Positions 23,315 through 35,803 of a stretch of 46,940 bases of DNA are shown one piece after another. This stretch comes from Bigelowiella natans CCMP2755 (lineage: Eukaryota; Protista; Cercozoa). A program made the translations under genes and the position numbers. The first letter of the stretch is position 1; each line of letters begins with the position of its first letter. The notes below the pieces were generated by a model that did no database searches, was not told the DNA's origin, and saw only the letters and a program-made list of their open reading frames with translations. The DNA is taken from positions 1-46,940 of the forward strand of contig ADNK01001333.1 in NCBI GenBank assembly GCA_000320545.1, in the 5' to 3' direction.

Positions 23315-25428
23315 ATGCATGACGTCATGCTGGAAAGCAGGCTCGGAGCAAATCTGCGGGTCTTGGCGAGCGGTGCTCCATCGCCTTGCTTGTTGAGAGT
23401 CGATGCAATCTCTTTCTACGACATCAAGAATGGGTAAGATAACCGATGTTTTCACCTTTATTTCCGCATTCTTCGCATGCAAGTATCGGTCAGACTGACC
23501 TACAAACGAAGAGATGGATGCCACGCTCGAAATCCCTTCGACTTTCCTATCATCCGACCCTTGAAGAGAATCCCCCGGAAGAAAACAGCCCAGTTCCCAA
23601 AGGCCTAAGGTCGGACATTCTTCTGAAAAGTATTTTGGAGTAGCCACAGATCGCACTGCACAAAGGGTCATTGCGATCTCTGGAGAGGGAGGGGATAAGG
23701 AGTAGGGGAGACTTACACACAGAACTTGCATATTTTCTCGAGATGCTAAAGTGTGGTGTTGAAAGCCTGGCTGCTTCAGACTCAGAATAGAGCCTGAGCC
23801 TCCTCCTAGGCCTTAACCTGTTTCATCAGCAGCAAGAGAATAACTTATCCCATAAGAACACACGAAGGTGGATCATCGGTTGATTCACCTTCGTCGTGGC
23901 TGCTTTAAGGGCAGAGGCCTATTCAAAAGTAATTAACAGAAATTGAATTTATGATATTTCAGAATCCTTGGGAAACTTACATCCTCGCCTATAGACAACC
24001 TGCTGGTTGGCGAGCAGTACCAGCTATGGGGGCTTGCCACAGCGGCGAGAAAGGGGCATCTCTCAATTTTATCACTAACGAACTTCAGCGCACTTACGGT
24101 GATCACATATTGGCTACTTCTGGCAGACTCTTTCTCACCAACCTCTACTAACTGATCACATAGATGCGATAGAGAGGCATTGTGACAGGGGCGTAACCTT
24201 TGGCGACCTGATGAAGCTGCGCGTTCATAACGATAGCCTCAAGCTAAAAGAGACATCTGTCGAACTTGTAATAGAGTAGAGAAATTCATTCTTTGTTTTG
24301 CGGATTATATATGGTTTCGTTCTCGTCTGTTTACTTGTTGGCCGTAGTTGATAGAGATGGAATTGCTCGAGGTGTTCAAGATCGATACGGCGATCAACGG
24401 AATAGGGGTGAGTTCGGGAACATTTTGAAGAGAAAGTTGCGCATTAACATGATTCTCGAAGAACAAACATGATGCCCAAATCGGTGGTTTGACTGGAACT
24501 CCATTTTGGGGATTATCTCTATCAAGGATGTATAGTGATTATACCGAGTTGTTTTTAGATATGTCTCAGCAACATCATGGTATGGTGATGGGTTATATCA
24601 TTTTTCTGCAGGAAGTCGATATGGAAGATTTTGTATCTGGCTATGCGGAGTATCTTCGTCAGTATCAAGCAACAAAACGATACAAAATGAGCCACCACAT
24701 ATACTCGAATACCCATCACTAACATTCATAAGCAAAATGTTTTTGGTGCCCCTCCCCTCCCCCACATAGAACCGATGCAGATGGAACCTATGGATATAAC
24801 AACAAGAATCAGTGAAATGTTCGCGCCTGTCGCCCAAGATAAGGTAGAAACAAAAAAACAGCTATGTGCTGCAGGCATTCACGATAAGACACTTTTGAGT
24901 ACATTAGTAGCATTTAATTTTGATGAGCATAATAGTTGTCCTTTTGTCTGCAATCCTCAGGAGCAGGCCACTACTACGGGTGCGGCGGCGAAGATGCAAC
25001 AAAGTGGGAGTAGGGGGGGGGGGAGGAGGAGGGGGGGAGCGCGGAATGAAAGAGTGAAAGGGGATTCCAAGGGGAAGGCAACAAATAGTGGCGACGATGA
25101 GAAAAATCAGGGTAAGAATCCCGAGAAGAATATTTCTTACGATGGGAACCCTGTTGTGGAGAAAGTCAATTCAGTTAAGGATAGCATCAAACCAGATACC
25201 GCGGAAAACGAAAAGGACCTAAAAATTGTAAAGAATCTAGCCGGGGAAAAACATAAAGGAGAAGCCGTGACTGCTGCTGCTACTGCTGCTGTCGTAGCGG
25301 CCGCGGCTGCGGCTACCGTCGTTGTTCCAGACACTTCTCGGGATAAAAGAGTAAATATGGCACGCAAACTTAAATTTAGATCACGGCGAATGGGGAGTGA
25401 TCGCCGCCGGTCGCCCAGGAAAAACTGA
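23315..25428 (+). CDS. Multi-exon hypothetical protein; charged/Ala-rich C-terminal tail, possible degenerate EF-hand-like segment
   Basis: Exon 1 MHDVMLESRLGANLRVLASG.. ends at a GG|gtaag donor and joins in phase 2 to IGQTDLQTKRW. Later exons include DAIERHCDRGVTFGDLMKLRVH and EVDMEDFVSGYAEYLRQY. The terminal exon is ORF 24775-25428. Internal structure is incompletely resolved and no confident family was assigned. Confidence 0.5.
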
Positions 25429-25429
25429 T

Positions 25430-26419
25430 ATAAGTTACCTTCTCCCGCTTATACCAGATTTAGAGATTATCTTCGATCAGCGTCGTCACTCCATAACAAT
25501 GCGGCAGCCAGACGTGATAATATGCATGCTATCATGTCATGGCCACATTTGTACTTTCATAGCCGGGTGTTATACGGACACGACCCTCACATTGATCAAG
25601 CCAATGCGTTAATCTTGCAGCCGCGCTGTACTAGTATACTAGATGCATCGCGCATGCTCTGCTGTGGCCGCACGCGCAACGCTAGAACGCATGCATGCAG
25701 TGTTGAAATACATGCTTTCTTCTATTTTTTACCTGACTTTTGTAGCATGCATGTGTACTGTCTACTAGATTTACATGCGCTTGCGTTCTACACAATTGCA
25801 ACAATGAGCTATATATGTAAGAATTCCATCATGTAAGCAACGGCAAGCATATGCATATGTGACTTTGCCGCATGCTAGCATGGGCGATGCCTCAACAATA
25901 GACTCGTAATAGTATCTATTGTCTCAGTAGATTTAGCTCACACAGCGCAATCTAGTAATTTTATCGTACTTCACATTGTCAACACTCAAGAATGCTACTA
26001 GAATGCGCTTTGCTGATGACGTTAACTGCTCATAACGTAGGGGTGTGTCTAGTGCGTGTACTTGCCGATTGTCATACAGGACATCTATTTTGTTTGGGCA
26101 CAACAATGGCATCCATCCATTGCCATTGCAAAACGAGATGTGCTTATTCTTGTAACAAAAGGAACATTTGCGTTTGTGCGTTAAAGTGCAGCTATCTCTG
26201 TCATTGCTGCTACAACGCCCTAAACTGCTTCGATTCCAATAAGTGCCACCGTATATGCATTTAGACCGTAGCATTATACATCATGCATGCCCCATATTTA
26301 TTTACTTTCCCACCTCTTCTACATTTATTAGTGCATGAAATGCACATGCCATCTAGCATCGTTGAGTCGTCACTCAGCCTATTTTAAATATACCACATCA
26401 ATCCCGGATAAGATGCGCT
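25430..26419. other. Convergent intergenic spacer with palindrome-rich signature
   Basis: e.g. gtactagtatactagatgcatcg, gcatgcatgcagtg, gcatgctagcatggg. Confidence 0.6.
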
Positions 26420-28834
26420 TTATAGCTCTGATTCCTCAGCTAGCACATCCTTCTCAGCTTCTGCTTTGCCTTGACGGGGTTTCGCGCTGGGCTTTGCGGT
26501 GCGAATTGGATGCGTCTCCACTGCCGTCTCGACTGACTCGATCGAAGCGGACGGATAACATTCGCTAAAATCAACACAACCGGAATGAATTATTATACGT
26601 GCAAGAAGACTCGTATGTAAAACTGTTTTTTTATTTGCAACTGGCCTAATTGAAACTCAATGTTTCGAACACAGCGCTAACGTTCGCCTACCTGACAAGG
26701 ACGGCAATGTGCTCCGCAGCAGCATCGGGCACGATGTTTCCAGGCTTAATTTGTAGCAAGCGAGCAAGGGAATCGACGCTGAGTTCCACCTTCATTTCCA
26801 AATATGTAAGATCAGAAATGTTGTTTAATGTATGATTATGTTTCCGTCTTCGATTAATCTAAGACATAGTAAGTCCATTAGAAGCAGGAGCGGCAGCAAC
26901 AAGAACGGCAAAGTATACCTGGTCTTGCAATGATGCTCTCTGATCAAAGCCTTCCCCAGCTGCCTTCAATCTACCCGCGGAGGCAAAGAATCAGAAATAA
27001 ATCACAACGATCGATGAAATGCGATGGAAAAATGAACATATCGAGAGTCCCAAAAAATGTAAGAGACGTAAATACGAACATGAACTTCATCACTCTGACC
27101 TCCTGATGAGATTGGCTCGTGTGTCGTCATACATGGCCATTTCGTACTCCAAGTCCTTAAAATGTACAAAACGAAAAGGAAGAGATCAAGGAAGCTGGTC
27201 AAAATCACCTTCCCGCCCCCCCCTTTAAGTGAGTGCATATATGGGAATTACCATCGATATTGCGAGTCGCCTATTTGTATCTAGTACATCGTCCCTCTTC
27301 ATGAGTCCTGCCGATGTTGAACATTCATCTTATATCTCCCGGTTCAATCCGGAAAGAGAACGCTAGGTTTTATTGTTTCGATCAATGCAAAAACCAAACC
27401 TGCTCCATACGCTGACGTCCACAGCGAGTATACGCAAGTACTGAAAGAGATTTCCTGGCAGTAACAATCAGTCTCAAACGGGTTGCACGTTAAAGATCAT
27501 TGGAACCTCCCTGTCACTCGATTGCCTCACCATCAAATCACGTATCTATTGCTCTCATGTGTGTGTTGTGTTCTTTAACATGGACTTGCGTGTAGATCGA
27601 ATGAGGAAGGTTGTGCTTGGTGAGACATAGCAGCGACAGGTTGGCAGTACTACACGGCCATATTATCTCCACCAACACCAGACTCGGAGAAATAGTAGTA
27701 GTAGTAGTAGTAGTATAAGTAGTAGCAAGTAGCAGGAGGAGTACCGTTCCTCTAAGTCCACGGAGGGCCTCCACAGAATCGTAAAACCTTTCATATTTTG
27801 GTGTTCATAGGGAATTTTACTTTCTCGACAACGGAAAAACTTTGGTGTGACAGTATGCCTTCAGGTGCTTGCATCGTCTTGAATCAAATTTACTCTACTT
27901 TGGAGAAACGTTGTCCAAGATGCGTCGTGCAAACTCCGAAAATCTTAATGCTTCCCCATCCAATCCTCCTTCTGCGAATATAACGTTTCATATGTATGCG
28001 ATACGTGATTGCGCAGAGCACATACCTGCATTAGTGAGCTGCACGAAGAGACCAATAATGGGGAAATTTGCCATTGCTTTTTGCACTCTGTTGTCCTCCG
28101 TCTCTATTCTGAGAGTGGTTGGTTCGGTTATGAGCATAATCGGGTTCAGATCAGATCATATTGAGACGACGAGGACGATGTGCGCTCCTTCCGCCGACAC
28201 TAATAATGGCCCTACCCCCCTTTCCAAGGTCCTTCTTCTACTATCACAGTAGCACCACCTTTCTTCAGGAGGAATGAGCTGCCAGATGAATTTGGCAATC
28301 TTTTCTGGGTCATCAGCGAAAGCTGCCAATGTTCGTCGCCTCGAAGAACGGTCTTCGTCACAACGCCTGTAGGCGTTGTTGGAAAATACTGTATGACCCA
28401 CTTGAAATGGAGTCGTTCCCCCCTCCCATCCCCTGTAGTTCTTTTTGATGATCTGAGATGGAGGGACTGAAGCCCTCCCAAGGGTATTTTGCATTCTCGA
28501 GCGCACTTGTGCCATCCTGCTGCCCATACCAAGCACATTTTCGTCCATTCTTCCCATAGCTGAGATTGATAATGATTTCTTGCTTACCGAGCGAAGTATT
28601 ACAAAAGAGAATAGTACTTACGATGCCCCCCCCCCCCCTTCAAAAAAGACAATCGGTCGTAAAATGCGGAACTTGTGTCCAAAGAAGCTATATTTGAAAC
28701 TTACCTGATATGCATAGCATCCAACATAGTATACACAGAGTTGCGACGGCCAAAATGGTTCTGCGTGTAAGGCTCAGGAGGCGAGCAGCGACGCCCCGTG
28801 TTCCGACGGGCAAAAGAGGCACGTGGGCGGCCAT
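26420..28834 (-). CDS. Multi-exon hypothetical type II membrane protein (start 28834 or 28924)
   Basis: N-terminal MAAHVP..RRTILAVATLCILCWMLCIS|gtaagt. A phase-consistent chain gives AMGRMDENVLG..KFIWQLIPPEER|IETEDNRVQKAMANFPIIGLFVQLTNA|EGGLDGEALRFSEFARRILDNVSPK|FYDSVEALRGLRGT. Downstream: DLEYEMAMYDDTRANLIRR|LKAAGEGFDQRASLQDQ|VELSVDSLARLLQI..|..EEESEL-type stop at 26420. The central junctions at ~27300-27700 are not fully resolved. Confidence 0.55.
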
Positions 28835-29001
28835 TGCTCTGCGCACGGCCAATAATCCCTCTACCGAGTGTGATTTCCGGTTGTCGATCCATTCGAACGA
28901 CCGGGATTCCCGATTTATCAGCATGGAAATCCTGTAAATCCCCTACGAAGCCTGCAGGTGGAATGAACGACATGTGCATGCATGGAAATTGTTTTAGAAA
29001 C

Positions 29002-29051
29002 AGATCTAATTGTGCTTTGCCTAGATCTAATACGGAAAATGGCAGATCTAA
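29002..29051. promoter_or_regulatory. Three AGATCTAA boxes at exact 21-bp spacing in the divergent spacer upstream of cysteine synthase
   Basis: AGATCTAA starts at 29002, 29023 and 29044. Confidence 0.45.
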
Positions 29052-29129
29052 GCGACAATAAAACCAAAAGGTTTTTGGATAGAAATGCACTGCATTTTCC
29101 CAAATACCATCTCTGTATCACATAAAAAC

Positions 29130-29881
29130 ATGCGTGCCCCAGCCCTTTTCGTGATTTTGATCGGAGCTTCCGCTCTCCTGATCGCCCTCTCCTCCTCCCC
29201 GGCCACCAAGCTCAATTCTGCCATCTCTGTGTCCCGTAGAGTTCAACCTCTTACTCGCGCCAACCCGGTGATTGCTAATAGATGCTTCCTCTCGCCTAAC
29301 CCAACCGCTCATCTAAAGTATGACCCAATCAGGGAACCCTATGCGCTTCTCGTCGTGCTGCAATGAGCGCGAAAGCTAAAATGGCAGCTGATGTAACTGA
29401 GCTCATCGGAAATACTCCTCTGGTCGCTACATTCTACCAATACTATGTTTATTGACGTTGCGCACCTAATTAGGTGGTAATGATGATTAGAAATGATGAT
29501 TACAATGGCTGCTACATACAGGTGAAGTTGAACCGGCTCCCACAGGCTGAGGGGGCTGTTGCCAACGTATACGCAAAGCTCGAGAGCATGGAACCTATGA
29601 GCTCAGTCAAAGACCGCATCGGCCGCTCCATGATCCTTGAAGCAGAGAAGGTTAAGAACACTCATTACGAAACTAAAAGCGCAATCTTCTAAGGCATGCT
29701 ACCTGCCCAACATACAGGCCGGGAAAATTGTCCCTGGTAAGACGGTCCTTATCGAGCCCACTTCTGGAAACACGGGAATTGCTCTTGCTTTTATCGCCGC
29801 TGGTACTTATTTGCGACATTTGCGACAATCATTCATATATATATATATATATATATACATACATATCTATATATGTGTGTG

Positions 29882-29914
<33 letters not shown>

Positions 29915-31559
29915 TATTTACTCATTTATTTTATATCACTTTAAAAGGAGGATGTTGTTCAAAAATGCATTAGTTTAATGATTCTTCTCCATGGCCTAAT
30001 GTATGTCATCTTAGCCCGTGGATACAAATTGATTCTTACCATGCCGGAGTCCATGTCCATAGAGCGACGCATGGTGCTACGCGCACTGGGCGCTGACGGT
30101 ATATATTCATACCGCTTAGTGGGAGGAAGCATCATTACGCATCCATTTCTAGTGTATCATTGCGAGATAAGTAGTTTGGAACACATGAACTCTTTATCAT
30201 CGAAAGGGCCTTATATTCTTTTTTTTTTCCCTTAGTTGTTCTGACGCCGAAGGCAAAAGGTATGGGAGGAGCATTGGCTAAGGTCAAATGATGTGAGGCA
30301 GTGGAAAGCCTTATTCCTCCTCCTCCTCCTCACTACACGATTGTTCGCCTCCTTGTCCTTCAGGCAAATGAGCTGACCGAATCAACTCCCGATGCGTTCC
30401 AACTGCAGCAATTTGCAAATCCGGACAACCCAAAGGTGGTAGGCGTGAAAACAGGGACTGAAATCTCTGCATAATAGTTTTGGAGGAATGCATTTTATTT
30501 TTATTTTTTTACGTCTATATACGCCGATTGCCGACAATTTTCAACGGAAGAGGAATCTATTTATGTACACTAGAATCACATGTTTAAGTGGTTGTTCATT
30601 CATGCTTGTTATGTCCCCCCTTGCCCTCCACCGTACTTCTTTTCTCCCGCACAGGCTCACTATACTACCACTGGGCCTGAAATCGCAAATGAAATCAAAG
30701 CTGATGTGTTCGTCTCGGGGGTTGGAACGGGAGGAACTATCACAGGCACTGGACAGGTAATGCTACGAATGATTTGGTTTTACTCTACTCCTCCTCCTCC
30801 TCCTCCTCCTCCTCCTCCTCCTCCTCAAATACCGTTTTGGGGATTGCTTCACTCCGTGTCCTTACCTCGTCTCTGATCGCAACAACAGCAAGTGCCTTTG
30901 TGTGTGGTGGTGGTCCTCCTCCTCCTCTCCACAAACGCATGGCATCCTCTCAGCAAACATCCCTCCTCCTCCTCCTCCTCATCATCATCATCATCGTTTT
31001 CTGACAATACATTAGTACTTGAAGGAGCAGAATCCAGACATCTACATTGTCGCTGTGGAACCCAAAGAGAGCGCGGTGCTGTCCGGTGGCAAGCCGGGTC
31101 CTCACCCGATTCAAGGAATCGGAGCAGGATTCGTCCCCTCCATCCTAGACACCGGTAATCCATTTAGAACACCGGGATTTGCAGAGCGAGGAGGAGACGC
31201 ACATTATGTGCCCCCTTACCTCGTCCTTACCTCAGCTTTCCTCCTCCTCCTCCTCCTGCTGCTGCTGCTGCCCCTGCTGCTGCTGCTTTTTTTGCAGCGT
31301 ACACATGCATCGACAGATGCAAGAGTGCACATATTAGTAACTCCAACCGTCGTCCATTGTCATTCTTCCGCAGAAATCTACGATGAGGTCGTCCAGGTAT
31401 CGGGTCCCGAGGCTATGGAAGTTTCCCGGTAGAAACATCACTAATTGTTCGGAGCAGCCGACCGACCGACAAATTGAGACGATCATTATGAAGACACGTG
31501 GGCTGTAATGTTGATAACCATGGCTTTGTAAAGGAATCTAAAGCACGCATCTTACGGTG

Positions 31560-31611
<52 letters not shown>

Positions 31612-31841
31612 TTTTGTCTTCTCCTCCTCCTCCTCCTCCTCCTCTTCCTCTATATTGAACACCAAACTATCGACTGAGGAAGGAATTCTATGCGGCATCA
31701 GCTCTGGCGCAGCAATCAAGGCTGCTATTGATGTAACTCACGTAGTAGTAGTAGTAGTAGAAGAAGAAGAAGCTTTGCTTGCAACTGTTACTCTCTCCCC
31801 CCTATCTAACCCCCAACCACCATGCCGCCCGCCCCCCCCCC

Positions 31842-31887
<46 letters not shown>

Positions 31888-32184
31888 ACATATATCTCTC
31901 TCTGTGCGTGTGTGGGGTGGGGTGTACGCATGTAAAATTTACAGTTTTATACCCATTCTCTTTCCAACAGATGGCAAAGAAACCCGAATTTGCCGGGAAA
32001 AATATCGTGGCTATCGTGCCGAGGTCAGATACTTCATGCGTATGATCACTTCCCCTCCCCTCCCTCCCCCTCTCTATTGGCCTAATTCCATCCCAATTCA
32101 CATAGCTTTGGAGAACGCTACCTCACCACTGCTCTTTTCGAGAACCTGAGGAAAGAAGCGTACGACATGCCTACTGCTGAATGA
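29130..32184 (+). CDS. cysK: Cysteine synthase (O-acetylserine thiol-lyase) with bipartite plastid-targeting presequence
   Basis: [10 protein letters not shown]|[21 protein letters not shown] (PLP lysine), [77 protein letters not shown] leader exon starting at 29130 joins via intron 29268-29332. Confidence 0.96.
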
Positions 32185-32951
32185 ATTGATCTATGATGAC
32201 CCATCGGAATTGGTGCTGCATTGCCACACATACAGCCGAAACCTTCATGTTCAACTTTCAGTTTGACTTCTTCAAAAACCCAAACCTTCATTGATTTTGC
32301 CGCAGAGCATTTGAACGTGTTTTGGTGTGTGACACCCACACTTGCAGTGTGTCTGTTGGCCATCCAGCATCAAAGATTCAGTTTCATGTTTTCATTGTGG
32401 CGTGTGATGTGCATTGGTTTAGCGTTCTTTTTCACGTTGTTGAAGTGAAATCATCATGTACACACGTGTCTACACGGTGGAAATCGATTTTGTTCATTGT
32501 TTGACCTATGATGGCTGTGCAATCCATCTAGCCATGGCGGCGCCTGCACGTGCACAGCTCACCACAATGTGGCGGTGTCAGTCTAGCAGTCAGCGCGCTG
32601 CTGAGGGTGGCGGCTGCGAGCGATGCTGCGCCGCCTGTGAGCTCTCTCATGGCACAGCAGATGTTCACAGAGTCATGAGTGAGCTTCATAGCGTAGCGCA
32701 CCCGAGGCTACGTGCAAATCATCGCAGCGCACGCCCGCGCCACATGCTGCTACTAGGCTAGCTAGCTAGCATGCATGCACACAACTAGCTACTAGGCAGG
32801 CGGCGAAACCCAGGAATTTTCACGGTACGTCATCTGCACTGGTGGTTTCGCATGTTTCCTGCAAGAACTAGACGAGAACTGATCGAAGCAATGCAGCGGA
32901 CAGCATGCACTGCTAGACTGCATGATTTGTGCACACAAAAAACACGTCACA

Positions 32952-33049
32952 ATAGACACAGTAATATGATATATTATGTACATCGTATTACATGTCTATG
33001 ATAGACACAGTAATATGACATATTATGCACATCGTATTACATGTCTATG
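32952..33049. repeat. Tandem pair of 49-bp units, each a quasi-palindrome
   Basis: atagacacagtaatatga(t/c)atattatg(t/c)acatcgtattacatgtctatg at 32952-33000 and 33001-33049, two mismatches between units. Confidence 0.92.
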
Positions 33050-33562
33050 ATCGTTTTGGCTTGGTTCTAGAAAAAAAACTCGATCATTTTTTGAATGTGC
33101 TGATCTAGTGATGAAGGTCAATTTGTGACAAAACTTGAGGCCTGAAAAAAAAAGCGCCTCAAAATTTCGCAGCTTTCACAATTTTCTCATTTTCGTCATG
33201 CCTGGTGCTCCCGGCGCTGTCCATCAGGATGTGTGGTCATGTGCTCAAGCGTGGTGCATTTCAGGTTCACTTTTTGATCGTGCGTGGCCGCACTAGATCG
33301 CACCGAAATTGTCAGAATTTTCGGCCTTTTTTGGCTCTCCTGGAATGCATGCTTGCGCAATTCGCCTGCTTGCGTGCATGGTGTCATGTGTCATGTTTCG
33401 CTTCATTGCCCGGCTAGCCGGATGGCGCGCAGGATTGCTAGATTGACGTGTGAACAAAATTGGAGAAAGGTCATCACAAACTGCAGCTTGCATGGAAAAT
33501 GTCGCTGATGATCGCTTCCATTGGCATGAGTGTTTGGAAGTTGGAAGTGATCACCTTTGATT

Positions 33563-33657
33563 ATAGACATGTAATATCATACATATACTATATATGCTAT
33601 TACTGTGTCTATAATATAATATCATATATATACTATATGTGCTATTACTGTTTCTAT
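33563..33657. repeat. Inverted, diverged copy of the 32952-33049 tandem pair
   Basis: 33563-33612 starts atagacatgtaata and ends tattactgtgtctat, the reverse complement of atagacacagtaata. A second degenerate unit spans 33613-33657. Confidence 0.8.
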
Positions 33658-34197
33658 TATTTTGCTGTCAATGCGATCGACATGCCACGGATGAAAGTGG
33701 GCACTCACCTGCTCACCTCGTGTTTGCTAGTTTGGCCAGCGCGGCAACATGCACTGGGCAGCTCAGCACACGTGTGACATTGCTTGCGTTGTCTGTCACA
33801 TCGACATCAGATTCACGTGCCACATCTAGACATGCACACATGAGCGTGCTAGCGTGCTAGCGTGGCACAACTTAAAAGTGTCATCTTTCAGTCTATATCA
33901 GCAGGAATGGCAGCAGCAGCAGCATGCAGCAGGAGGAGGAGGTTGGAAATGCAGGCACGTGCGATGAAAATCGTGTGCACATCGTGCGCTGTGCATCTGT
34001 GTGGTGGCCATCGCTAGCATCGTCTTGACTGAAAAAAATATCAACACGCTCGTGCCGAATAAATCAAAAAGGCATGTGTTGCACATTCGTTCTGAAATTA
34101 GCGAAGGGGAAACGGGGGAGCGCAGCTATTGCGTTTCCCGGTTTGGTGCTTCCTGCCTTGGAATTCATCGATTCCTCGCCTGCTCCAGTCATTTTCC

Positions 34198-35394
34198 TCA
34201 CTTCCTTGGTACTCCTAGTAAGTGTGGGGCATCTACTACTGTAGTGGGTTCCTTGGAGCTTGCCACTCCTGTGGCTTCCTCGATACAACTCCCTTTACTT
34301 GTAGGGGTTGGGCAGCGGCTACTTGTTTCTCCTTCTTCTGCTGACACTCCTTGTACTGACATTGCTTCTCCTTCCTCTGCTGCTGCGGGGGAATGAGGCA
34401 AAGTACTATGGCTTGAGGAGTACGATAAAGCGGAGGAAAAGGAGGAACAAGAGCGAACTGAGGAAGAAGACGAGTTTTTTGGAACCACAGATAACATGTT
34501 CAAATCCAGCGATTGGTCCTTTGTCTCAATCTCCGGCAAAGCATCTTCTTGTGTTAAGGAGGCAAGATTGGAGGATGGGGAGGTAACAATTATGCTCAAT
34601 CTCTCTTTCAACTTTGAGCCAGGATTTCTGTGCAATTTCAAGTGCCTATTCAAATTACCTTCACAACAAAAGAAACGCCATTATCATATGTATTGTGTGT
34701 GATACAAAATAATATATACACTACTTTACTTTTCACACAGATCTGTTCTCAGAAAACTCTGCGAATATCTTAATTGTTCATCATCATCCTCTTATTATTA
34801 TCCAGCAGCTATTACTACCCTTTTGTGTGAAGCGTCGCTTGCATTGTGGGCATTGAAAAGGCTGGCCAAAACAAACAGGAATTTACCGCTGTAAGAACGT
34901 GTAAGCACTGATGCTCATACATGCAAGGTGTGCTTTACGACACTTTCGTCAGCATTTCGATTATCCCCCCAGATTCAGTGCATGAGGTACGATTACTCCA
35001 GGAAGAATTTGAATTCCTTCTCATCATCTAGTCTAGCATGATACGACAGAATAGTGTGGTGTGATTTGATTGAGGATACCTTCTCCCCTGTGTGTATTCG
35101 TGAATGCGATTCCAGAGTGCCTCTATCACTGAAACCCTGGTGCAATTGACGGAAAGGACGGTTGTGACTCCATTGCAGAAGCAAAACACAGAAAATCGTG
35201 AATGGCAGAAATACAGGCATAATGCATGTATTTGGTGAGAGTCTCTCACCCTTCCACAGGTGTCGCAATAAAACAAATTTCTTCGCTGTGAAAAGAACAC
35301 AGTAAGAGAATTTCGGGTGAGGATGACTACAATAGATCTTGTCGCTGTTGATGAATGACAACGAGCGGAAAAAGAGAAAACAAGATACCATTAC

Positions 35395-35433
<39 letters not shown>

Positions 35434-35765
35434 ATATATTTATTTGTGTGTGTGTGTGTGTGTGTGTTTGTAATATGAGATGAAGTAACGGTGCTATTGG
35501 GATATGATGGGATAAATATATTGACATTAGTAGAGATTAGACTCTGAGAATACTTCTACTCAATACTACCGTATGTAGCTTCATATGTCTCCGGAGAGAG
35601 CTTTTGCAGGAAAGGGCCTAATGATTTCGAAACACAGCAGAGCATTGATTGGATGCCTCTCTCCATACACGTTTGTCTCTCTTCCGATACACAGCAGCGA
35701 TGTAGGAGGCTGTGAAGAAGCAGAAGCGACTTGAAACGTGTAATTATGTTAGTTTTCATTTTCTT

Positions 35766-35803
<38 letters not shown>

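Larger units (their letters stand above)
32190..34190. other. Longest convergent spacer, palindrome-rich, containing an inverted-repeat-bounded insert
   Basis: Six CTAG within 32741-32800 (tactaggctagctagctagcatgcatgcacacaactagctactagg); atgagcgtgctagcgtgctagcgtg at ~33840. Confidence 0.65.

Noticed and set aside
23285-23731. 148-aa minus-strand ORF as an upstream part of the TLDc gene
   Set aside because: The plus strand has phase-consistent exons with strong splice sites here, and the TLDc gene has its own signal-peptide start at 22928.
32952-33049. Repeat units as a possible CRISPR array
   Set aside because: The units are directly adjacent with no unique spacers, there are no cas genes, and the context is eukaryotic.
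33107-33147. Possible C/D box snoRNA (gtgatga...ctga)
   Set aside because: The boxes are only ~35 nt apart and there is no terminal stem. Left to an Rfam search.
33321-33336. tcggccttttttggct resembling the U2 snRNA 5' stem
   Set aside because: Not followed by the invariant AAGATCAAGTGTAGTA branch-pairing region; the match is too short.
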